Source: Fimbriimonadales bacterium
Lineage (GTDB): Bacteria; Armatimonadota; Fimbriimonadia; Fimbriimonadales; ATM1
Length of the DNA stretch: 64,000 nt
Reading direction: 5' to 3'
Assembly (NCBI GenBank): GCA_041744215.1
Contig: JBGTLG010000033.1
Coordinates: 32,001 to 96,000 of the forward strand
Shown here: piece by piece, positions 57,764 to 64,000 of the stretch
Numbering within the stretch: the stretch's first letter is position 1
Layout: each line of letters begins with the position of its first letter
The notes under the pieces: generated by a model
Database searches by the model: none
Told to the model about the DNA's origin: nothing
The model's input: the letters and a program-made list of their open reading frames with translations, nothing else
Made by a program: the position numbers and the translations under genes

Positions 57764-58870
57764 CTATGGCTGTGGAGGCGGAGGAGGAACAGGCGGCGGA
57801 GTTCCACCGAAGACTTGTGCCAAGTCAGCAACTTGTCCAGCGGGAGCCCAGTTTTCCATGCCCGACTTCCACACAAGCGAGTCCCGAGTAAGGCTTCCTG
57901 ATGTGGCGAGTTCAATGAGCTGCTCCATTGGAAATGGACCCGTTTGGCGGCCTTCGACAGCAACAAAGTAGCCCGCGTTCGGTATCGGTGGCGGGGTTGG
58001 CTGCGTACCCGTTGGCTGATTCTGCTGGTTCATTCCCTGCGCCATCTGCTGAGCCATCGCGAAGCCCATCCCCATTCCCATCGCGTCGCTGGCAGTTCCA
58101 CCGCCAGGCTGGGTGAGCGACTCCGCCGCTTGATACTTGAGGAACTGATCCATGTTGCCGACGGCGCCCATGCTGCTTCGCTTATCGATCGCTTCTTCCA
58201 CTTCAGGTGGAAGCGAAATGTTTTCGATGAGCATCCTCGTAAGCTCAAGTCCATATTCCTGGCATTTCGGTGCGATTGCGCCGACAAGCGCGTCGCCCAT
58301 GTTCTTGTAGTTGCCTGCAAGATCGAGTACGGGAATGTTCGCCTGCCCGATGACGTCGGCGAATTGAGAAACTATCAGGTTTCGCAGTTGGCCGGTGACA
58401 TCGTCTTGAGAGAAGAGGCCGTCGGTGCCGACGATCTCCCGCAAGAACTGCGCTGCGTCCGACACACGTATCTCGTAGGTTCCAAAAGCTCGCACGCGAA
58501 CGATGCCAAAGTCTGGATCCCGCATCATGATTGGATTCATCGTTCCCCATTTGAGGTCCGTGAAGCGCTTCGTGTTAACGAAGTAGACTTCAGCGACAAA
58601 GGGACTGTTGAATCCGTACTTCCACCCCTTGAGAGTTGACAGGATCGGCAAGTTTTGCGTGGTCAGCTCGTAGCGGCCCGGTGCGAAGACGTCTGCAAGT
58701 TGACCCTCGTTGATGAAGACGGCGACCTGGCTCTCGCGGACGGTCAATTGCGCTCCATTCTTAATCTGATTGCCGTATCGCTCGAAGCGGTAAACCATGG
58801 TGTCGCTCGAATCATCTGTCCACTCGATGATGTCGATAAACTCGCCCTTTATCTTGTCCCACAATGACAT
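57764..58870 (-). CDS. SPFH (Band 7-like) domain protein with C-terminal GYF_2 domain
   Basis: FIDIIEW, LTVRESQ, KWGT, ENISLPPEVE; QTGPF...LVWKSGMENW. Confidence 0.88.
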   Translation of the reverse strand: MSLWDKIKGEFIDIIEWTDDSSDTMVYRFERYGNQIKNGAQLTVRESQVAVFINEGQLADVFAPGRYELTTQNLPILSTLKGWKYGFNSPFVAEVYFVNTKRFTDLKWGTMNPIMMRDPDFGIVRVRAFGTYEIRVSDAAQFLREIVGTDGLFSQDDVTGQLRNLIVSQFADVIGQANIPVLDLAGNYKNMGDALVGAIAPKCQEYGLELTRMLIENISLPPEVEEAIDKRSSMGAVGNMDQFLKYQAAESLTQPGGGTASDAMGMGMGFAMAQQMAQGMNQQNQPTGTQPTPPPIPNAGYFVAVEGRQTGPFPMEQLIELATSGSLTRDSLVWKSGMENWAPAGQVADLAQVFGGTPPPVPPPPPQP

Positions 58871-58975
58871 TGCGTTCTCCTTCCCTATTGGGGTTATCGA
58901 TTATACAACGCCGAAGGGGCTTTCGTTGCGGCAGTGAGTCTGAAGATTCGCCCCCCGCAACCGAAAATTATGGCT

Positions 58976-59755
58976 ATGCACCCGCAGATTTCTCCTCGCC
59001 GGGCCGGATTCACGCTCGTCGAACTCCTGGTCGTCATTGCCATTATTGCCATTGTCTCCGCCATCCTGTTTCCCGTGTTTCAACAAGCTAAAGCTGCCGC
59101 CAAGAAGTCTTCTTGTCTTAGCAATGTGCGGCAACTTGGGACGGCTGTTCAACTTTATGTTCAAGATTACGAGGCTTTGCCTCTCCACGAGCAACTCGAT
59201 GGCACAGCGTGGGGACTATCGCTTATAGAATCGACGTGGTCGGATTCAATCTTCCCTTACGTTTCGAAAACGGAGCTCTTTGTTTGCCCAATCGTCGATC
59301 AATCAATCACACGAAAACCGTGGCTGCACGTCATAAACAAAGCGTACGGCGGCTATGGATACAATTACCAGTATCTCGGCAACGGTTTAGTCCCGACATC
59401 AGTAACTGAGTCTGCCATTTCCTCGCCGACGGAAACAGTTTTGATTGCCGACACCAGAGGCGTCGTCGATGCACAGAACACGCCGAGAGCCGGTGTCTAC
59501 GTCGTCGACCCGCCGATCACCGCAGCGGCCGGGTCTGGCACGACCAGCGGCTTCTATGGAGTCGGCAGCGAGTGCGGTCCGGGAGTCGACGGCTGTAGAT
59601 CGAAACCCGACATTCGACACCTTCAATTCGCAATTGTTGCGTTCGTTGATACTCATACAAAAGGGATGAAGTTGTCTACGCTCGACGACTATGATCGTGA
59701 CGGCGTCGCAGACAACGGATATTGGAATGGCCACGCCGATCCGAACATCCGCTAA
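58976..59755 (+). CDS. Prepilin-type N-terminal cleavage/methylation domain protein (DUF1559 / H-X9-DG-like)
   Basis: [24 protein letters not shown]......FVDTHTK. Confidence 0.9.
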   Translation: MHPQISPRRAGFTLVELLVVIAIIAIVSAILFPVFQQAKAAAKKSSCLSNVRQLGTAVQLYVQDYEALPLHEQLDGTAWGLSLIESTWSDSIFPYVSKTELFVCPIVDQSITRKPWLHVINKAYGGYGYNYQYLGNGLVPTSVTESAISSPTETVLIADTRGVVDAQNTPRAGVYVVDPPITAAAGSGTTSGFYGVGSECGPGVDGCRSKPDIRHLQFAIVAFVDTHTKGMKLSTLDDYDRDGVADNGYWNGHADPNIR

Positions 59756-60438
59756 AGCTTGTGATTCGACAGCAGCTCAGCGCGAATGCGCGCGTGGAGC
59801 GCGGTTACCCACCCGGCTTCGCCGCGTAATGCGAAGCCGGGCTCCTCTCTGAAATCGACCGGTGAGATGATGATCCTTCTCTTTGCGGCAGGAGTGAGCG
59901 CACACAAGGTAAAGATCTCTTCTATTCCTGCGTCCCCCATCGCCAAGCAGCCTATTGAGACTGCCTTGCCATGAACAAAGATTTCCCCACCCATCTCGCT
60001 GCGCGCGACCTTTGAGTAAGTTACATCCTCTGCGTTCGGATAGTCAACAAAGACCGAGAGGTGATACTTGCTGTTCGGATTGAGATACGGAAGTCGATAA
60101 AATCCCTCAGGAACTTGCCGGTCGCCTTCTCTTCTTTTTGGGCCGAGTGATCCGCTTGCGGCCAAAATAGGAAAGGTTGCAATTCGTTGCGATTTCTGAC
60201 CGTCATCCTTAACCCAGATTTCGAGCCGCTTCTCGCGCTTGTACGCTATCAGAACAAGATTTGAGGGTGGCCATCGCAGCCCGTGGCTGCGAAACGCTGG
60301 CTCGTACTTGCTTTCAACTCTCTGACGAGTCTCCTGAAGGACGTCGGCGACCGACTTCTGGCGATTGGCATCGCCCATGCAGACGCAGACCAACGACAGC
60401 CCCGCAGCTGCAGCGACCTTACCGGCGCGAGATTTCAC
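59752..60438 (-). CDS. L,D-transpeptidase family protein (YafK/DpaA-like)
   Basis: GPKRREGDRQVPEGFY, IFVHGKAVSIGC. Confidence 0.88.
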   Translation of the reverse strand: MKSRAGKVAAAAGLSLVCVCMGDANRQKSVADVLQETRQRVESKYEPAFRSHGLRWPPSNLVLIAYKREKRLEIWVKDDGQKSQRIATFPILAASGSLGPKRREGDRQVPEGFYRLPYLNPNSKYHLSVFVDYPNAEDVTYSKVARSEMGGEIFVHGKAVSIGCLAMGDAGIEEIFTLCALTPAAKRRIIISPVDFREEPGFALRGEAGWVTALHARIRAELLSNHKL

Positions 60439-62020
60439 CCGCTACACCACCAGTCCCAATTGGCATTGGCACAACTACTGTGCCATCCGAGGAGCGCACC
60501 TGACCTTTACCGGCTTCCTCTCCAGACTCGATGTCGATCCACGTGTACTCGTAGTTCCCGCCTCGTCGAACAGGCATCACAATCGCTCCACGAATCTGCT
60601 CATCGGGTTCCGGAAGCACCAACGCGATGCAACCCGTATCGTCAGCTAACCCCCACGCGTGCATCCCTTCGTCGACTGTCGCAACTACATCTTGAAACCG
60701 GCGTCGAAGCCATTCGATCCGGTTAGCGAACCGGTTGAACGGATCGAAGAAGTTTGCTTCGACTGGAACTTTAGCAAAAATTGTTGAAGTGGCTGCGCCA
60801 CCAAACAGGGGTGCCCAAAGCGCTGCGCGAGCAGACTCTGTGTTCGGGGCGTCCGATTCTGCGATGGGCACAAGAGGGCGATTAGTTTGCGCTCGCATCG
60901 TGCGAAGTTCCGAAACGATAGACGCGGCCGTTTCGTGCGGCGTCGAGCGGTAGGTGACCGGGATCGAAGCATATCCAACGCGCGGCACGCGCCAGACGTC
61001 GGGCGCGCCGGGATGGACAGACATCGGGAGCAAAAACGTGTGAACTCCCGCAACCTCGTTTGACATCTCCTGAACCCAGTAGCCGGGAACATCCACTCCC
61101 GTGAAGAACTCGATGCCCGCAATGCTGCGAAAGTTTTGCAGCCGCGACAAGAGGTAGCGCAGACCGCGCTTGTAAAGCAGTCTCGCCTGGAGGTTTGTCC
61201 AGAACTCTTGCGGCTTATCGCACGGCCCTCCATTCGCTTTGTTGAACGGATTCTTCTCCCAGCCTTTGCCCGGAGTCAGTTCATCTGCTGAAGACAACGC
61301 CAGAATCACGTTCATATCCGTTAGCATCGCCGCGGTTAGGACGGACTCAAGCATCTCTGCCATTCGAAACGTGCGTTCGTCGGGAGAAATGCAAACGCCA
61401 GACAGATTTCGCCAGTTTTGACCCGCGTTGCTGCCCCAGAGGATCCGGATCACAGACGCGCCAGCCTTCTTCAAATCCGCCATTTGGTTCGCTATACGAT
61501 CCGCATCGGCAGCACTGTCGAGAACGTCCGACACGCCAGCAAGGAGGAGCGGAGATCGGTTTAGAGAAAAGTAGCGTGAGTTCCTCTCTACCTGCACAAA
61601 ACCGCCGGGACCGTTGTTTACACGAATTCCAAGCTTCCGGTATTCAATCGTCCCTTTTGTGTCTGCTACGCGGATGAAGATTCCGTATCCGCCGATGTTC
61701 CAAGGTGTGAACCGAACCTTCCAGATTAGCGAAGGGCTGTTCGCGGTTCCAATCTCATCCTGGGGAGGTCTTGGTACGACGAAACCGCTTACGATCGAGT
61801 ATGTGTTTTCTGCGCCTATGACTGTCGCGGTTACATCAACCTGATTCGGATTGAACGGATCGTTCCAGGTTCCACTTAACTCGAACGTGATCTCGACAGG
61901 CTCAAACTGGCGCACTGTCGCTGGAAAAGTCAGGTTTTTGATTTCGAGCGGGCCTTCTGATTTGAACGGATAGCTTTGGACCGGCAAAATCGCCGCTGCC
62001 GCTAACGCTGAAAGTATCAC
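60419..62020 (-). CDS. DUF5060 N-terminal domain + GH5-like TIM barrel secreted protein
   Basis: NDPFNP..VDV, WKVRFTP, NPFNKANGGPC, RYLLSR. Confidence 0.65.
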   Translation of the reverse strand: MILSALAAAAILPVQSYPFKSEGPLEIKNLTFPATVRQFEPVEITFELSGTWNDPFNPNQVDVTATVIGAENTYSIVSGFVVPRPPQDEIGTANSPSLIWKVRFTPWNIGGYGIFIRVADTKGTIEYRKLGIRVNNGPGGFVQVERNSRYFSLNRSPLLLAGVSDVLDSAADADRIANQMADLKKAGASVIRILWGSNAGQNWRNLSGVCISPDERTFRMAEMLESVLTAAMLTDMNVILALSSADELTPGKGWEKNPFNKANGGPCDKPQEFWTNLQARLLYKRGLRYLLSRLQNFRSIAGIEFFTGVDVPGYWVQEMSNEVAGVHTFLLPMSVHPGAPDVWRVPRVGYASIPVTYRSTPHETAASIVSELRTMRAQTNRPLVPIAESDAPNTESARAALWAPLFGGAATSTIFAKVPVEANFFDPFNRFANRIEWLRRRFQDVVATVDEGMHAWGLADDTGCIALVLPEPDEQIRGAIVMPVRRGGNYEYTWIDIESGEEAGKGQVRSSDGTVVVPMPIGTGGVAGEISRR

Positions 62021-62781
62021 ACCGGTTCTCCAAGGTACGCTTCGATCACACGCGGATCATTCCGAATCTCTTCTGGCAAGCCATGCGCAATCTCGGCGCC
62101 ATGATCGAGGACGAATATGCTTTCACATACGCCCATGACGACCTTCATGTCGTGTTCGATCAGAAGAATCGTCTGGCCGAACTCGTCTCTCAGGCGTCTG
62201 ATCTGCGCCATGAGGCCGATCTTCTCGAACGGGTTCATGCCCGCAGCAGGCTCATCGAGCAGGAGCAACTTTGGCTTGGTCGCCATAGCGCGAGCAATCT
62301 CCAAGCGACGCTGATTGCCATAATCGAGGTCGCGACTCCTCGTGTTTGCCTCATCGGCGAGGCCAAACGTTTCCAGGAGATGCATGGCATACTCGACTAG
62401 ACCGTCCGTTTCTCTGACCGCGCGCGGCAGCAGGGTGACCGCTTCTACCATCGTGCTGTGGTGACGCAAGAAACCTCCGAGTACGACGTTTTCGATTGCA
62501 GACAAGTCACCAAATAGCCTGATGTTCTGAAACGTCCTGCAGATGCCCCGGGCTGCGATCTGGTGAGACTTCAGCCCCACGATCGACGAGCCGTCGAAAA
62601 CAATGTCGCCGGAAGTCGGGCGATAGATACCTGTGATCAGATTGAAGCACGTCGTCTTCCCTGCTCCGTTGGGTCCGATTAGTCCGAACAGTTTGCCGGC
62701 AGGAACTTCAAACGAAACATCGTTCACGGCGACGAGACCGCCGAATCTAATCGTTGCTCGGGACACGGTAAGAAGACTCAC
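62017..62781 (-). CDS. livG: Branched-chain amino acid ABC transporter ATP-binding protein
   Basis: [37 protein letters not shown]. Confidence 0.92.
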   Translation of the reverse strand: MSLLTVSRATIRFGGLVAVNDVSFEVPAGKLFGLIGPNGAGKTTCFNLITGIYRPTSGDIVFDGSSIVGLKSHQIAARGICRTFQNIRLFGDLSAIENVVLGGFLRHHSTMVEAVTLLPRAVRETDGLVEYAMHLLETFGLADEANTRSRDLDYGNQRRLEIARAMATKPKLLLLDEPAAGMNPFEKIGLMAQIRRLRDEFGQTILLIEHDMKVVMGVCESIFVLDHGAEIAHGLPEEIRNDPRVIEAYLGEPV

Positions 62782-64000
62782 GCCGCGATCTCCGTTCTCT
62801 TGTGTGGCAAGCCAAAGATTCGCTTGAGCCAGTCCCAGCTGAACTCGTGGTGGCCGAGCATGCCCTGCGGTCGGGTGAGCATGACAATCACGAGCATTGC
62901 CGCAAAAAGCGGGTACCTCAGGTTGCCCGCTTTGTAGCTGATATCAGCGAGGATGGCATGAGTAAAGGACACAGACTGAAGCAGATGGATCATTGGAATG
63001 GTTAGCGCCGCGACCAATCCTGCGCACAGAACGACCCAACCAAATCCTGCAAGATTCGGGATGCGCCGCTTTGTAAAGATCATTGCGATCGCGAGTCCCG
63101 CACACATAATCGTTAGGCTGACTTGCGTCATTGCTGGAACCTCAACCGACCAGATCCAATACGCGAGGTATCCGGCACCGAGCACACCAATCAGTCCCAT
63201 TCCTGCGAATGCGGTCTGCGTGCCGCCCGCTTGTGTGAGCGACAGACGCTTACGAATCTGAATTGCGACCGTTAAAGCAACGACTGCCGCAAGCACGAAC
63301 CCAAAGACGGCGAACCCGGAAACGTCGGGAAGATCTCTCAGTGATTCAGGCAGCAGGTAAAGAAAGAATCCGGCCATTGCCGCACCTGTGATGCTGCCGG
63401 CGCCGCCTATGACGACCATCGCCACGATTAGGAACGACTGGTTCATATCGAACTGCTTCAACGTAATGAAGCCTTCGTAGTGGGAAAACAGCGCGCCCGC
63501 CATGCCCGCGAATGCTGCGCCCAGTATGAACGCGGTCACTTTGGTGCGGGTTGTGTTGACACCCATCGCGCTTGCCGCGAGCTCGTCTTCGCGGACTGCA
63601 AGAAACGGCAGCCCATGCGCAGTCTTGAGCAGGTTCCTGCAAATTGCAATGACGAGAATAGCGAGACCAGCAATCATCCAGATTTGCGTCAACTTGATCG
63701 CTTCGGGCGAATTCGCCGCTCTGACGGTCAGTCCGTACGATCCCCCAAGCTTTTCCTGATTCTGAATAATGATGCGCACGATTTCGCCGAACCCTAAAGT
63801 CGCAACCGCAAGATAATCACCACGTAGTCTCAGCGACGGCAGCCCCACGACAAAACCTGCGATTCCCGCCGCGACCGCGCCAACGATGATCATCAGCAGC
63901 ACCCACACCCATCCTTCGATCGTGCCGGTGTTGTAATAATGGATGGTCACGAACGCGCTGCTGTAGGCGCCGATCTGATAGAAGGCAGCATGGCCAATCG
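62778..64000 (-). CDS. livM: Branched-chain amino acid ABC transporter permease (5' end outside the window)
   Basis: [39 protein letters not shown]. Confidence 0.9.
   Translation of the reverse strand, partial: IGHAAFYQIGAYSSAFVTIHYYNTGTIEGWVWVLLMIIVGAVAAGIAGFVVGLPSLRLRGDYLAVATLGFGEIVRIIIQNQEKLGGSYGLTVRAANSPEAIKLTQIWMIAGLAILVIAICRNLLKTAHGLPFLAVREDELAASAMGVNTTRTKVTAFILGAAFAGMAGALFSHYEGFITLKQFDMNQSFLIVAMVVIGGAGSITGAAMAGFFLYLLPESLRDLPDVSGFAVFGFVLAAVVALTVAIQIRKRLSLTQAGGTQTAFAGMGLIGVLGAGYLAYWIWSVEVPAMTQVSLTIMCAGLAIAMIFTKRRIPNLAGFGWVVLCAGLVAALTIPMIHLLQSVSFTHAILADISYKAGNLRYPLFAAMLVIVMLTRPQGMLGHHEFSWDWLKRIFGLPHKRTEIAA

Overview
A 64 kb bacterial chromosomal window, moderately GC-rich. The gene content (two PEP-CTERM proteins, two prepilin-type DUF1559/H-X9-DG proteins, a Firmicutes-like fliK-flgD-TIGR02530-flgE order, mcsB-clpC, an LptD-like protein) suggests Armatimonadota or a similar diderm; this is an inference. 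Most of it is housekeeping: secA, ftsY, trpB, hisC, aroF, ppa, udg, dprA, radC, clpC, icd, pduO, FKBP, liv ABC genes and tRNA-Met. Four regions stand out. (1) 43.5-48.7 kb: a secreted clan-CD (caspase/gingipain-fold) protease-like gene sits behind a promoter whose -35/-10 spacer is a (CT)12 microsatellite. It is translationally coupled to a PepSY-like partner and followed by two more divergent partner paralogs. Each ~1.3 kb unit carries its own recoded copy of the last 15 codons of icd, which looks like a cassette array built by repeated insertion at the icd 3' end. (2) 0-0.9 kb: a TPP riboswitch with a terminator/antiterminator controls a prepilin-like DUF1559 gene. (3) 4.6-9.2 kb: a PLP decarboxylase, a flavin-dependent halogenase and a cation/H+ antiporter. 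(4) 30.7-36.5 kb: a defence-like islet with an MTase-REase fusion, a GHKL-nuclease fusion, 9-bp tandem repeats and a 38-bp direct repeat next to an S24 peptidase remnant. No CRISPR array, rRNA, integrase or transposase was recognised. All calls come from motif recognition by eye; no searches were run.
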